Assembly: GCA_963666515.2 (NCBI GenBank)
Contig: OY762897.2
Coordinates: 768,001-832,000 of the forward strand
Length of the DNA stretch: 64,000 nt
DNA from: Candidatus Binatia bacterium
Lineage (GTDB): Bacteria; Desulfobacterota; Binatia; UBA9968; JAJDTQ01
Direction of reading: 5' to 3'
In this document: piece after piece, positions 1-10,553 of the stretch
How positions within the stretch are numbered: position 1 is the stretch's first letter
How the letters are laid out: each line of letters opens with the position of its first letter
Program-made: the position numbers and the translations under genes
The notes under the pieces: model-generated
Told to the model about the DNA's origin: nothing
Databases searched by the model: none
What the model saw: the letters and a program-made list of their open reading frames with translations, nothing else

Positions 1-319
1 CGTAGCAGAGGTAGAACTGCCACAGGGACCCGCTGCCGGCCGCCAGCACCAGCCCGATGCCGACGAGACCGCAGCCCACGGGCATCATGACGCGCGGCCC
101 GAGACGGTCGAACGCCCACCCCGCCACCGGCGCCATGGCGCTGTAGACGATGCCGTTCACCGAGGCGATGGTGGCGGTGGTGGCGCGCGACCACCGGAAC
201 GCCTCCAGCAGCGCCACGTTGAACACGCTGAAGCCGGCCATGAGGCCGCCCACCACCACCAGGTTGAGGAAGCACAGGGCGACGATGACGTAGCCGTAGA
301 AGAAGGGGCGGCGAAGCAT
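1..319 (-). CDS. MFS transporter (runs off window edge), paralogue of the adjacent MFS
   Basis: ATG at 319 on the minus strand reads MLRRPFFYGYVIVALCFLNLVV...GWAFDRLGPR; N-terminus nearly identical to the 374..1672 protein. Confidence 0.85.
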   Translation of the reverse strand, partial: MLRRPFFYGYVIVALCFLNLVVVGGLMAGFSVFNVALLEAFRWSRATTATIASVNGIVYSAMAPVAGWAFDRLGPRVMMPVGCGLVGIGLVLAAGSGSLWQFYLCY

Positions 320-373
320 GAGGCGTTCAGACGGGGTTCAGGATGGTTCCGGTTCTCCGGCCACCGGGTTGTC

Positions 374-1672
374 TCACCGCGTCTCGTGGCGAGACCGCCG
401 CTTCCACACCATGCACGCCTGGACGCTCAGGTAGGCTATCGTGAAGGATACGAGCCCCAGGACCCAGGCGTGCTGGTATGAGCCGGTCACGTCGAACGCA
501 TAGCCGCCGAACCACGATCCGAGCGCCACCCCGATGCCGAAGGTGACCTCCAGCCAACCGAGGATCTTGCCAACGTTTCTGCCGCCGAAGATGTCCGTGA
601 TGGTGGCGCCGAAGGTGGGGTTGCCGGAGCTGTGGCCGATGCCGTAGAGGACGGCGAAGGCCACGAACCACCACGCCGGCGCGTCCGCGCTCAGGGCCAT
701 GAGCACCCCGATCCCGCCAAGGGTGAACAGGGTGCCGAGGCGGTAGGCGCGGTCGCGCCCCAGGCGGTCCGAGATGAACCCCCAGATGGCCGTGCTCGGA
801 ATCCGCGCCACCCCCACCAGGCTGAAGGCGTTGGCGGCTACCTGTTTCGCCAGTCCGACGTGAACCAGATGGGCGACCGCGTAGGTGTACATGAGGGCAA
901 GGCCGGTGCCGAGCCCCAGGTGGCCCACGGCAATGGACCAGAACGGGAACGAGCGGAACGCTTCCGCGAGCGTCCAGTCCCGCGCCGGTACCGACTTCGC
1001 GGCGGCGGGTTCCGCCGTCACCACGGGAGCGCCCGTCGCGACCGCGGCAGCATCCGCGGCGCCCGGCGAATCGCCGTCCGGCCGCTGTCCGACATCCTCG
1101 GGCCGACGTCTTTGGAACACGGCGTTCAGAGGCACGATGGTTACCAGAACCACGATCCCCAGCAGCGCCATGGACGCGCGCCAGCCGTACCGGGTGATCA
1201 GGACCTGCACCAGGGGCACGATCAGGATGCCGAAGCCCAGTCCCATGGTGGACAGGCCGAGGGCCATTCCCCGCCGCCGGCGGAACCAGTGGGACAACAG
1301 GGCGGTGTTGCTGACGAAGCCGATGCAGCCGATGCCCAGTCCCACGAGCAGGCCGTACGCGAGGTAGAAGTGCCAGAGCGACCTGCCGGCCCCCGACAGC
1401 AGCAGCCCGCAGCCGATGAGGAAGGCTCCCAAAGGCATGAGAATGCGCGGCCCCAGCCGGTCGTACGCCCAACCCACCAGCGGCGAGGAGGCGCTGTAGA
1501 AAAAGCCGTTCACCGAGGCAATGGAGCCCGTCGCGGCACGAGACCAGCCAAACGTTTCCACCAACGCGATGTAGAAGACGCTGAACGAGGCCAGGATGCC
1601 CCGCATCAGCACCATGTTGAAAAAACAGAGGGCGACGATGACGTAGCCGTAGAAGAAGGGGCGCCGAGCCAT
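374..1672 (-). CDS. MFS transporter
   Basis: 432 aa, about 12 hydrophobic segments, MFS motif A-like GWAYDRLGPR and GFISDRLGR. Confidence 0.9.
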   Translation of the reverse strand: MARRPFFYGYVIVALCFFNMVLMRGILASFSVFYIALVETFGWSRAATGSIASVNGFFYSASSPLVGWAYDRLGPRILMPLGAFLIGCGLLLSGAGRSLWHFYLAYGLLVGLGIGCIGFVSNTALLSHWFRRRRGMALGLSTMGLGFGILIVPLVQVLITRYGWRASMALLGIVVLVTIVPLNAVFQRRRPEDVGQRPDGDSPGAADAAAVATGAPVVTAEPAAAKSVPARDWTLAEAFRSFPFWSIAVGHLGLGTGLALMYTYAVAHLVHVGLAKQVAANAFSLVGVARIPSTAIWGFISDRLGRDRAYRLGTLFTLGGIGVLMALSADAPAWWFVAFAVLYGIGHSSGNPTFGATITDIFGGRNVGKILGWLEVTFGIGVALGSWFGGYAFDVTGSYQHAWVLGLVSFTIAYLSVQACMVWKRRSRHETR

Positions 1673-1700
1673 GGGATTCAGGGTCGTGCCGAACGCAGCA

Positions 1701-2669
1701 TCAGATGTGCGGCAGCGTCTCCTCGGCGAACCGCTGCATCTGCTCCAGCCGGTCGGGCCAGCGCGGCACCATGAACTGCAGCGCCAGGTGCTCCACGCCC
1801 GCGTCCCGGTAGCGCGCGATGGCCTCCACGAGTTGGGCCGGAGTGCCGGCCAAGCGGTCAGGCTCCTGGGGCACGGGCTCCGGGGTCACCTCGATGGGGA
1901 GGCAGCAGTTCAGCCGCAGGCCGTCCGGTTCCCGCCCGGACTCCGCGGCGTGGCGCCGGGCGTTGTCGAACCGCGCGGCCAGCTCATCGGGCTCGATGCG
2001 AACGAAGTAAGGGAACCACGCGTCGCCGTAGCGGCCCGCGCGCCGCTGCGCCCGGCGGCCCTCGCCGCCGATCCAGACGGGGATGCCGCGCGGCGCCGGC
2101 GGCTTGGGCAGGAAGGCCACGTCCTCGAACTCGTAGAACTCGCCGGAGAAGCTGGCGTGCTCGGCGCTCCACAGTTCCCGCAAGACCTTGAGTTGCTCGT
2201 CGGTCCTGCGTCCCCGGTCCTCGAACGGCGCCTGCAACGCCCGGAACTCTTCCTCCATCCACCCCACCCCGACGCCCAGGATGAACCGGCCTTCGGAGAG
2301 ATGGTCCAGGGTCACGGCGATCTTGGCCCACACCAGCGGCTGGCGGTAGGGCAGCACCAGGACGCTGATGCCCAGTTCGACCCGGCTGGTGCAGGCGGCG
2401 AGGAACGTCAGGCAGGTCAGGGAATCCAGGAACGGGCGGTCCGGCGGCACGATGAACGCTCCGTCCTTGCCGTAGGGATAGGGCGTGTCGATGCGCCAGG
2501 GGATGATGATGCGGTCCGCCGCCCAGATGGAGTCGAAGCCCCAATCCTCGGCGCTCCGGGCTGCCTGACGCAGGGTTTCGGGCGTAGCGGCTCGTCCTGA
2601 GATCGGCAGGAAGACTCCGGTTTTCGTGGCGTGGCTCCGTTCGAAGGGGGATACGGTCAGTGGTTGCAC
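1701..2669 (-). CDS. LLM-class (luciferase-like, probably F420-dependent) oxidoreductase
   Basis: AEDWGFDSIWAADR, TLDHLSEGRFILGVGVGW and PVWIGG motifs. Confidence 0.9.
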   Translation of the reverse strand: MQPLTVSPFERSHATKTGVFLPISGRAATPETLRQAARSAEDWGFDSIWAADRIIIPWRIDTPYPYGKDGAFIVPPDRPFLDSLTCLTFLAACTSRVELGISVLVLPYRQPLVWAKIAVTLDHLSEGRFILGVGVGWMEEEFRALQAPFEDRGRRTDEQLKVLRELWSAEHASFSGEFYEFEDVAFLPKPPAPRGIPVWIGGEGRRAQRRAGRYGDAWFPYFVRIEPDELAARFDNARRHAAESGREPDGLRLNCCLPIEVTPEPVPQEPDRLAGTPAQLVEAIARYRDAGVEHLALQFMVPRWPDRLEQMQRFAEETLPHI

Positions 2670-2834
2670 TACTAGCCGAACCCGGGCGGGGCTGTCAAAC
2701 CAGCCAAGGTTGACGCGAGCGGCGCAAAGGGGCTATGGCTTTGCTACGCCACGCGGTCGCGCGGGCCGCCGGAAACGCGGCGCGGGCGTCTGGCGGAAAC
2801 GCGTCAACAACACACACCGAGGGGAGAACACCAC

Positions 2835-4604
2835 ATGGCAAAGGCCGCAAGGACGGAGAAGAAGCAGGCAGAGTACGGCTCGGACGTGGTCGTCGACATG
2901 CTCAAGGCGTTCGACATCGAGTACACGGCCTTCAACCCCGGAGCGAGCTTCCGCGGCATCCACGACTCCATCGTGAACTACGGCGGCAACCACCACCCGG
3001 AGGTGATCTTCTGCTGCCACGAGGAGATCTCGGTGGCCATCTCCCACGGCTACGCCAAGGCCACGGGCAAGCCCATGGTGGCGATCCTGCACGACGTGGT
3101 GGGCCTGCAGCACGGCAGCATGGGCATCTTCAACGCCTGGTGCGACCGGGTGCCGGTCATCTGCCTGGGCGGCACCGGCCCGGTGGACACCACCATCCGC
3201 CGCCCCTGGATCGACTGGATCCACACCGCGCTGACGCAGGGCAACCAGGTGCGCGACTACACCAAGTGGGACGACCAGCCGGCCACGCTGGAGAGCATCC
3301 CGGAGTCCTTCATCCGCGGCTACCGGCTCGCCGTCACCGAGCCCACCGCGCCGGTCTACATCAACTACGACGCCGGCCTCCAGGAGATGGAGGTGGCGAA
3401 GCAGATCGAGGTCCCCGACGTGAGCCGGTTCGCGCCCCAGGCGCCGGTGCAGGGAAACCCCGAGGCCATGCGCCGGGCCGCCGAGCTGCTGGTGGGCGCC
3501 AAGGCGCCCCTCATCATCGCCGACTTCATGGGACGCAAGCCCGCGGCGGTGGCGGCCCTGGCCGAGCTGGCGGAGCTGCTGGCGATCCCGGTCATCGACA
3601 AGGGCAACCGCCACAACATCGCCAACACCCATCCGCTGGACGTGACCAACGTCTCCGGCGACTTCCTCAAGAAGGCCGACGTGGTGCTGGCGCTGGACGT
3701 CCAGGACCTCTACGGCTCGCTGACCACCGTGGACCGCACCACCCGGGAGATGGGCTACGTCATCCAGCCCGGCACGCAGATCATCCACATCAACCTGAAC
3801 GACATGCTGGTGCACAGTTGGGCCACGGACGTGCAGCCGCTCCAGGCCGTGGACGTTCCCATCAGCGCCGACACCGCCATCGCCCTGCCCGAGCTGACCC
3901 GCCTGTGCCGCGAGTTGATGGGCTCGGACAAGTCGGCCGTCGAGGCCCGCGCCAGGGAAGTGAAGGCGGTGCACGATGCGGCCCGCGCCCGCTGGCAGGA
4001 GGAGGCGCGGCAGACCCTGACCCGCAACGACATCTCCACCGCCTGCCTCGGCTACGAGTTGGGCGAGGCGGTCAAGAACGAGGACTGGGTGCTGGCCAAC
4101 GGCAGCGCCAACGGCTGGGCGCGGAAGCTATGGGACTGGACCAAGCCGGGACAGTACCTGGGGCGTAGCGGCGGCGCCGGCGTGGGCTACGGCATGAGCG
4201 CCGCCATCGGCGTGGCCCTGGGGCACATGGGGACGGACAAGTTCTGCGTGGACATCCAGTCGGACGGCGACCTGCTGATGACCTCCAGCGCCCTGTGGAC
4301 CGCGGCGCACCACAAGATCCCGCTGCTGATCGTCATCCACAACAACCAGTCCTTCTACAACTCGGAAGAGCACGGCATCAAGCTGGCCGAGTTCCGCAAC
4401 CGCCCGGTGGAGAACGCCGGCATCGGCACCCACGTGAGCGACCCGCTGGTGGACTACGCCAAGATGGCCGAGTGCTTCGGCGTGTGGGGCGAGGGTCCCA
4501 TCACCACGCCGGCGGAATTGGGACCCGCGCTGGAGCGGGCCTGCAAGGTGGTCAAGGAGCAGCGGCTCCCCGCCGTGGTGGACGTGGTCTCGGACCCGCG
4601 CTGA
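2835..4604 (+). CDS. Thiamine pyrophosphate-binding enzyme (acetolactate synthase/decarboxylase-like)
   Basis: NPGASFRG, HEEI catalytic Glu, SDGD...NN TPP-binding motif; RBS GGGGAG upstream. Confidence 0.9.
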   Translation: MAKAARTEKKQAEYGSDVVVDMLKAFDIEYTAFNPGASFRGIHDSIVNYGGNHHPEVIFCCHEEISVAISHGYAKATGKPMVAILHDVVGLQHGSMGIFNAWCDRVPVICLGGTGPVDTTIRRPWIDWIHTALTQGNQVRDYTKWDDQPATLESIPESFIRGYRLAVTEPTAPVYINYDAGLQEMEVAKQIEVPDVSRFAPQAPVQGNPEAMRRAAELLVGAKAPLIIADFMGRKPAAVAALAELAELLAIPVIDKGNRHNIANTHPLDVTNVSGDFLKKADVVLALDVQDLYGSLTTVDRTTREMGYVIQPGTQIIHINLNDMLVHSWATDVQPLQAVDVPISADTAIALPELTRLCRELMGSDKSAVEARAREVKAVHDAARARWQEEARQTLTRNDISTACLGYELGEAVKNEDWVLANGSANGWARKLWDWTKPGQYLGRSGGAGVGYGMSAAIGVALGHMGTDKFCVDIQSDGDLLMTSSALWTAAHHKIPLLIVIHNNQSFYNSEEHGIKLAEFRNRPVENAGIGTHVSDPLVDYAKMAECFGVWGEGPITTPAELGPALERACKVVKEQRLPAVVDVVSDPR

Positions 4605-4611
4605 CCGGAGA

Positions 4612-5442
4612 ATGGACGAGAGCGCGCAGCATCCGGCCTTCGCCGAGGCGGTGGCCGGACCCGACTTCGACCTGGCCCGGGCGGCCCTGACCATCGCCCT
4701 GGCCGAGTACCCCGACCTCGACATACCCGGGCACCTGGAGCAGTTGCGTAAGCTGGCCGACCGGGTAGGCGACGCGGCCGGCGCCGAAGAGGGCGCCTAC
4801 CGGCGGTTGGCGTGCGTCGATTACGTGCTGTTCCGGCAGGAAGGCTTCAAGGGCAACGAGGACGACTACTACGACCCGGAGAACAGCTTCCTCAACCGGG
4901 TCATGGAGCGCAGGCGCGGCATTCCCATTACCCTGTCGGTGCTCTACATGGAGGTGGCCCGGCGCGCGGGCCTGGACGCCCAGGGGGTGGGCTTCCCCGG
5001 TCATTTCCTGGTGAAGACGGTGTGCGAGGACCAGGAGGTCTTCGTGGACCCCTTCCACGGCGTCAGCATCCTGTCCCCGTCGGACCTCCAGGAACTGCTG
5101 GACAAGCTGTACGGCGGCCGGCTGGAGGTTCAGCCCGAATTTCTCTCCGCGGTGCCCAAGCGGCAGATCGTTCAGCGGATGCTGAACAACATCAAGCTCA
5201 TCTACTCCAACCGGCAGGACCTGAAACGGTGCCTCCGCACGGTGGAGCACTTGGTGATCCTCAACCCGGACGAAGCCGACCAGGTCCGCGACCGCGGCCT
5301 GTTGCGGTTGCGGCTGGAGGACAGCGCCGGCGCGCTGGCCGATTTCGAGCGGTATCTGGAACTGGCGCCGGACGCCGAAAGCGCCCCGGCGGTGCGGGAA
5401 CAGATCGAGCGCATCGGGAAGCACGCCCGCGTGGTTCACTGA
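4612..5442 (+). CDS. SirB1-like protein (transglutaminase-like domain plus TPR)
   Basis: YYDPENSFLNRVMERRRGIPITL, FPGHFLV, C-terminal TPR (RDRGLL...ALADFERYL). Confidence 0.88.
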   Translation: MDESAQHPAFAEAVAGPDFDLARAALTIALAEYPDLDIPGHLEQLRKLADRVGDAAGAEEGAYRRLACVDYVLFRQEGFKGNEDDYYDPENSFLNRVMERRRGIPITLSVLYMEVARRAGLDAQGVGFPGHFLVKTVCEDQEVFVDPFHGVSILSPSDLQELLDKLYGGRLEVQPEFLSAVPKRQIVQRMLNNIKLIYSNRQDLKRCLRTVEHLVILNPDEADQVRDRGLLRLRLEDSAGALADFERYLELAPDAESAPAVREQIERIGKHARVVH

Positions 5443-5516
5443 GGGCAGGGACGGCGGCCCGCGTTTGCAGGGTTTTCACCACGGCGCAGGCTGCCGGCGC
5501 CGCCCGCGCTCGCTCC

Positions 5517-7535
5517 TCACTGAAACGCCTTCACGTACGCCCGCTGCACCCTCTCCACCCGGGTGGTGTACAGCAGGCCGAGGCGGGCGAACGCTTCCAG
5601 GGCGGCGCCGTCTCCCTGGTCCATGGGGAAGTGGACCACCTTGCGGAAGCGCTTGATTTCCTTCTGTGACTCCTCGGTGAGGTTCTCCACTGCCTGTTGC
5701 AGTTCTTCGCGCCCCTTCAGGACCTTGTTGAGGATGGGCAGCACCAGCACGTCGGCCTTGTCCTGGATGCGTGACAGGGCCGCGCTCGCCACCGGCACCA
5801 CGTCGATGCCGAGGTCGGACAGGAAGTTGCTCAGCCGTTGCCCCACCTGGTCCTTCAGGAAAGCTTCCGGCACCGCCACGGCGTGGCGCAGCCGGCGCCG
5901 CATCCACCGCCACGGCGTGGGGTAGACCTCGCGCCGCATCTTCCGCAGGTATTCCTTGCTCAACTCGCCCCAGGTCTGCTCCACCTCGGCGCTCTCTACG
6001 AAAGGCGCGGCGGCCACGGTCTCGGGGTCGCCGTGGGCCTTGTCCACGTAGTCGTGGAAGTGTTTCTCCGAGATCATGTAGCTGATGGCGTAGTCCAGCT
6101 TCTCGAAGTTGGGGCGCGGCCACATGACCTGCCGCAGGGTCTTGAGGAAGAAGCGGCGCCGGGCACGGTCGGTGGTGAAGACGTAGTGCCGTACCGCCTT
6201 GGCCACGATGCCGAGGATTTCGCGGTCCACTTTTCCGCGGCCGCGGCGAATATATTCGGGCCGAAACGCCTGGACTCCGGTGGCCAGCCGCGCGCCGTAG
6301 TTCTCGTACTTGTAGAGGCTCCGGATCAGCCAGTTGTAGCCCTGCTGCACCTCCTCGATGCTCATCAGCTTGGGGACGAAGTTCAGGTCCGCGGAGCCGT
6401 GCCCACTCATCTGCGCGGAGTCGTAGGGGATCAGCCGGCCTTCCTTCTCCATGCGTTCGTAGAGAGGCGTCTTCTCGATCGCGGTCAGCACGCCGCTGGT
6501 GGTGAAGGCGATGCCGGCCTCCTGCAGGAACTCGAACTGCTCCCGGAAAATGTCCTTGTCGTCGTTGTCGAAGCCCACGATCATGCCCGCCAGGATCGCC
6601 ATGTTGTGGGACTGGATCTTGCGGATGCTCTCCATCAGCGGCGAGGTGGTGTTCTGCCGCTTCTGGGTCTCGTTGAGGCTCGCCACCCGCGGCGACTCGA
6701 TGCCCAGGAACATGCTGGTGAAGTTGGCGTCGTGCAGCAACTGGAGCAGCTTGGGCTTCTCCGCCACGTTGATGGTCATCTCCCCGGAGAAGTTGATGGG
6801 ATACTTGTTGGCGCGGCCGAACTCCGCCACCGCGGTCAGCAGTTCCTCGGCGTAGCGCATGTTGCCGATGAGGTTGGCGTCGGAGAAGCTGATGTGTATT
6901 CCGCCGACGGACCGCACGGCTTCGATCTCCGCGATCACGTGGTCCACGCTCTTGGTGCGCGGCACCCGCCCGTCGGTGATGATGATGTCGCAGAACTCGC
7001 ACTTGAAGGGGCAGCCCCGGGTGGTCTGCAGGAAGTAGTAGAGGTAGTCGTCCCTGGACGCCAAGTCCACCCGCGGCACCGGCGACAGCGTGATGTCGAC
7101 GTTGCCTTCCTGCTTGTAGAGGGCCTGGTGGCTGCCCGAGCGGAGGTCGTCGCAGAACTGCGGCCAGGTGATCTCCACCTCGCCGTCGAAGACCACGTCG
7201 AACGATCCGTCGGTGAAGCGCTCGGGGCACAGGGAGGGGTAGGGGCCTCCCACCACCACCATCTTCCCCTGCTTTCGGAACGCTTCCGCGATCTGCCGGG
7301 CGCGGCCGTACTGGATGTTCCAGCAGGCGATGGCCACGACGTCGGCGTCGGTCTCGAAATCGAGCGGCCGGACGTTCTCGTCCCGGAGTTCCACGTCGAA
7401 GTCCGGCGGCGTCAGCGCGGCCACCGTGAGAAGCCCCAGCGGCGTCTGCGCGCAACGCTGCGGCAGGATGTCGGTGATCCCGGTCAGGCGCCACAGCGAG
7501 TTCGGGAAGCGCGGGTTGACGAACAGAATCTTCAT
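5517..7535 (-). CDS. B12-binding radical SAM protein (DUF4070-type) with extra C-terminal region
   Basis: PLGLLTVAA...VVGGPY cobalamin-binding domain; TRGCPFKCEFC CxxxCxxC; IVGFDND. Confidence 0.9.
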   Translation of the reverse strand: MKILFVNPRFPNSLWRLTGITDILPQRCAQTPLGLLTVAALTPPDFDVELRDENVRPLDFETDADVVAIACWNIQYGRARQIAEAFRKQGKMVVVGGPYPSLCPERFTDGSFDVVFDGEVEITWPQFCDDLRSGSHQALYKQEGNVDITLSPVPRVDLASRDDYLYYFLQTTRGCPFKCEFCDIIITDGRVPRTKSVDHVIAEIEAVRSVGGIHISFSDANLIGNMRYAEELLTAVAEFGRANKYPINFSGEMTINVAEKPKLLQLLHDANFTSMFLGIESPRVASLNETQKRQNTTSPLMESIRKIQSHNMAILAGMIVGFDNDDKDIFREQFEFLQEAGIAFTTSGVLTAIEKTPLYERMEKEGRLIPYDSAQMSGHGSADLNFVPKLMSIEEVQQGYNWLIRSLYKYENYGARLATGVQAFRPEYIRRGRGKVDREILGIVAKAVRHYVFTTDRARRRFFLKTLRQVMWPRPNFEKLDYAISYMISEKHFHDYVDKAHGDPETVAAAPFVESAEVEQTWGELSKEYLRKMRREVYPTPWRWMRRRLRHAVAVPEAFLKDQVGQRLSNFLSDLGIDVVPVASAALSRIQDKADVLVLPILNKVLKGREELQQAVENLTEESQKEIKRFRKVVHFPMDQGDGAALEAFARLGLLYTTRVERVQRAYVKAFQ

Positions 7536-7728
7536 GGCGTGAAACTCCTCATCGGGTCGGTGTGTCTGACCGTGCTCTGCGGCTCTGCGGTTTTGCTTTT
7601 TGTTCCCGCGATGGTTTATTGATGACTGCGTCGGGAAGCGCCGTCAGACCTCACAATAAACCGAATTTGCGCAACGTTATCAACCGTAAACCGGCGCTGT
7701 CAATGCTTTTTTCCGATTCCGCCCGAAC

Positions 7729-8418
7729 ATGTCCATGATCCGGCTCCACAAGGTCTCCAAGCTCTATCCGCCCGACGACACCGGGGTCCGCGACGTCACG
7801 TTCGAGGTGGAGGATGGAGAGTTCCTGTTCCTGTGCGGCCCCAGCGGAGCCGGCAAGACCACGCTGCTGCGCCTGCTGTTCCGCGCCGAGCCGGTCACCG
7901 AAGGCCAGGTCATCGTCAGCGGCCGAAACATCACGCGCCTGAAGGGCGACGGGCTGGCGGCGTTCAGGCGGAGACTGGGGCTGGTCTTCCAGGATTTCAA
8001 GCTGATCCCCCGCATGACCGCGCTGGAGAACGTGGCGCTGGCCGCGGACGTCACCGGGGTCTCCTGGCGCGAAAGCCGGCGCAAGGCATTCAGGCTGTTG
8101 GCGGAACTGGGGCTCAAGGACAAGTACGGCGCCTTGCCGCCGGCCCTTTCCGGCGGAGAGCAGCAGCGCGTGGCCATCGCACGCGCGCTGGTCAACGACC
8201 CGGAGCTGGTGCTGGCCGACGAGCCCACCGGCAACCTGGATCCGGAGATGGCCGAGGAGACCATGCGGCTGTTCGCGCGCATCCACCGGCAGGGCACCAC
8301 CGTGCTCATCGCCACCCACGATCACCGTTTCCTGCAGCGCTTCGACGGGCGCGTCCTGCTGATGCGCCAGGGACGTCTGGCCGGCGTCCACGGCGCGGTC
8401 CCGGCGGTGTCGGCGTGA
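7729..8418 (+). CDS. ftsE: Cell division ATP-binding protein FtsE
   Basis: GPSGAGKT, VFQDFKL, LSGGEQQR, LADEPTGNLD; precedes ftsX. Confidence 0.92.
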   Translation: MSMIRLHKVSKLYPPDDTGVRDVTFEVEDGEFLFLCGPSGAGKTTLLRLLFRAEPVTEGQVIVSGRNITRLKGDGLAAFRRRLGLVFQDFKLIPRMTALENVALAADVTGVSWRESRRKAFRLLAELGLKDKYGALPPALSGGEQQRVAIARALVNDPELVLADEPTGNLDPEMAEETMRLFARIHRQGTTVLIATHDHRFLQRFDGRVLLMRQGRLAGVHGAVPAVSA

Positions 8419-9314
8419 TGAAATCGGTCTACGTCCTGTTCGTGGCCGGGCGCGTCGGCAGAAGCCTGCGGGAGCTGTTCTGGACCCACCTGCTCACCGC
8501 CGGAGTCATGGCCATGACCCTGTCCGTGTTCGGCGGATTCCTGATGATCCAGGGAAACGTCGGCCGGCTGGTGCAGGGCTGGAGCGACCAGGTCCAGGTG
8601 TTCGCGTACCTGAAGGACGGCGTCGACGCGGCCGCGGCGGAAGCCATGCGTTCCCGGGTCGCCGCCTACCCGGAGGTGAAGGCCGTCCGCTACGTCTCCC
8701 GGGAGCGCGCCTGGGACGAGTTCAGGAAGACCCTGGGATCGCAGTCCGGGATCCTCGAGGGCCTGGAGCCCGACGTGCTGCCGGCCTCCCTGGACGTGGA
8801 GGTGCGGTCCGGCCACCGCTCGCGCGAAGCGGTGCTGAGCCTGGCGCGACGCATGGCGGCCCTGGAAGGGGTGCAGGAGGTGGAGTACCCGGAAACGTGG
8901 CTGGAGAAGGTGCGGCTGCTGATGATCGGCATCGAGTGGCTGAAGTGGCTGCTCGGGGGCTTCCTTTTCCTGGTGGCTTTCCTGATCGTCGGCAGCACCA
9001 TCAAGCTCGCCATCGTGGCGCGACAGGACGAGATCGAGATCATGCAGCTCGTGGGTGCCGCGGACGGACTGATCAAGGCGCCCTTCGTCATCGAGGGTAT
9101 GATCCAGGGGCTGGTGGGGGCCGCCCTGGCCCTGGCGCTGCTCCGGGGAGCGTTCTCGCTCCTGACCGCGGAGTTGCTGGCGCCGTTCGGCGCCCTCGTG
9201 GCCGGCCGGCAGTTCGCCTTCCTCGGAGCGGGCGAATGCGCGCTGCTGGTGCTGATGGGGTGGCTCCTGGGCGCCGCCGGAAGCATGCTGTCCGTGAAGA
9301 GGCACCTGGCGTGA
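8418..9314 (+). CDS. ftsX: Cell division permease FtsX
   Basis: ATG overlaps the ftsE stop (TGATG); EIEIMQLVGA...IKAPFVIEG motif. Confidence 0.92.
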   Translation: MKSVYVLFVAGRVGRSLRELFWTHLLTAGVMAMTLSVFGGFLMIQGNVGRLVQGWSDQVQVFAYLKDGVDAAAAEAMRSRVAAYPEVKAVRYVSRERAWDEFRKTLGSQSGILEGLEPDVLPASLDVEVRSGHRSREAVLSLARRMAALEGVQEVEYPETWLEKVRLLMIGIEWLKWLLGGFLFLVAFLIVGSTIKLAIVARQDEIEIMQLVGAADGLIKAPFVIEGMIQGLVGAALALALLRGAFSLLTAELLAPFGALVAGRQFAFLGAGECALLVLMGWLLGAAGSMLSVKRHLA

Positions 9315-9318
9315 CGCC

Positions 9319-10476
9319 ATGCAAGCCCTTTGCCGCGCCCTGACCGCCGCCGCTCTCTGCCTTGCCGTCGGCGGCCCGCCGCCTGCCGGGGCGGAGGGGG
9401 CCGACGAGCCCGCGGACCTGAGGCAGCGCATCCGCGAGGGACGGGCCGCGCTCGACCGGGTCCGGCGCGGAGAGTCGTCGGTGCTGGAGGTGCTGGACGA
9501 GATCGGCGCCGCCCTGGACCGCAAGCGGCGGCGGCTGGATACCCTGAATTCACGGTTGCGGCAACGCGAGCGCGACGTGGCCGAAGCGGTGCGCGCGGCC
9601 GGCGAGGCCGCCGAGGCGTTGGACGAGGGACGGGCCGCGCTGGCCGGCCGGGTGCGGGCGCTCTACCGGTGGCAGCGGGCTGGAACGCCGTTCGTGCTGC
9701 TCAACGGCGAGTTCTCGGTGGTCGAGCTGATGCGTCGCAGGCGGCATCTCGAGGCGGTGCTGTCCCGGGACCGCGCGCTCATCCGGACGCTGTCACGGAA
9801 CGTCCGCCGGAGCCGGAACCTTCAGGCCAGCGTGGAAGTCCGGCGCCGGGAGCTGTCGGAGGAGCGCGACGCGGTGGCCGCGTTGCGGGACGAGCTGCGG
9901 GAGGAGCGCGCGCGCAGACAGCAGACCCTCGGCGCGCTCCGGCGCGAGCGCGCGCTTCGGGAGCGGGCGTTGGAGGAGCTGGAGCAGGCCGCCCGCCGTC
10001 TCCAGGGCATCATCACCGGCTCCGGGAAAAGCCCCGCGCCAGCCCGGGGGCCGCGGCCGGCCGCCGGCCTCGCCGCGGCCGGTCTGGACCTGCCGGTGGC
10101 CGCGGGCAGGATCGTCGGCGGCTTCGGCGTCCACAAGCACCCGGACCTGAACGTGGACGTGCACCGTCCGGGGATCGAGATCGCCGCGCCCGCAGGCGCC
10201 GAGATCCGCGCCGTGGAAGGCGGCAGCGTGCTCTACGCGGACCGCTTGTCGGGCTACGGAAACATGCTCATCATCGACCACGGCAGGCGCTACTACACGG
10301 TGTACGGCCACCTGTCGAGGCTCGACAAGGCGTTGGGCGACCGGGTGGAGCGGGGCGAGCGCATCGCCTGGGTCGGAGAGGGCGCGCCGTCCGGCCGCTC
10401 CCGCCTCTACTTCGAGGTCCGGAAGAACGGCAAGCCGGTGGACCCGGTCCCCTGGTTCCGCCGGCGGGCGCGTTGA
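9319..10476 (+). CDS. envC: EnvC-like murein hydrolase activator (coiled coil plus M23 domain)
   Basis: Signal peptide, long coiled coil, GYGNMLIIDHG...YGHL...LYFEVR; follows ftsEX. Confidence 0.8.
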   Translation: MQALCRALTAAALCLAVGGPPPAGAEGADEPADLRQRIREGRAALDRVRRGESSVLEVLDEIGAALDRKRRRLDTLNSRLRQRERDVAEAVRAAGEAAEALDEGRAALAGRVRALYRWQRAGTPFVLLNGEFSVVELMRRRRHLEAVLSRDRALIRTLSRNVRRSRNLQASVEVRRRELSEERDAVAALRDELREERARRQQTLGALRRERALRERALEELEQAARRLQGIITGSGKSPAPARGPRPAAGLAAAGLDLPVAAGRIVGGFGVHKHPDLNVDVHRPGIEIAAPAGAEIRAVEGGSVLYADRLSGYGNMLIIDHGRRYYTVYGHLSRLDKALGDRVERGERIAWVGEGAPSGRSRLYFEVRKNGKPVDPVPWFRRRAR

Positions 10477-10553
10477 CCGGGGTTTGCGGCGCAGGTCCCG
10501 GCACACTAGAATCGACTGCAATCGACGTGCAATCGACGCGAGGAGATCCTGTG

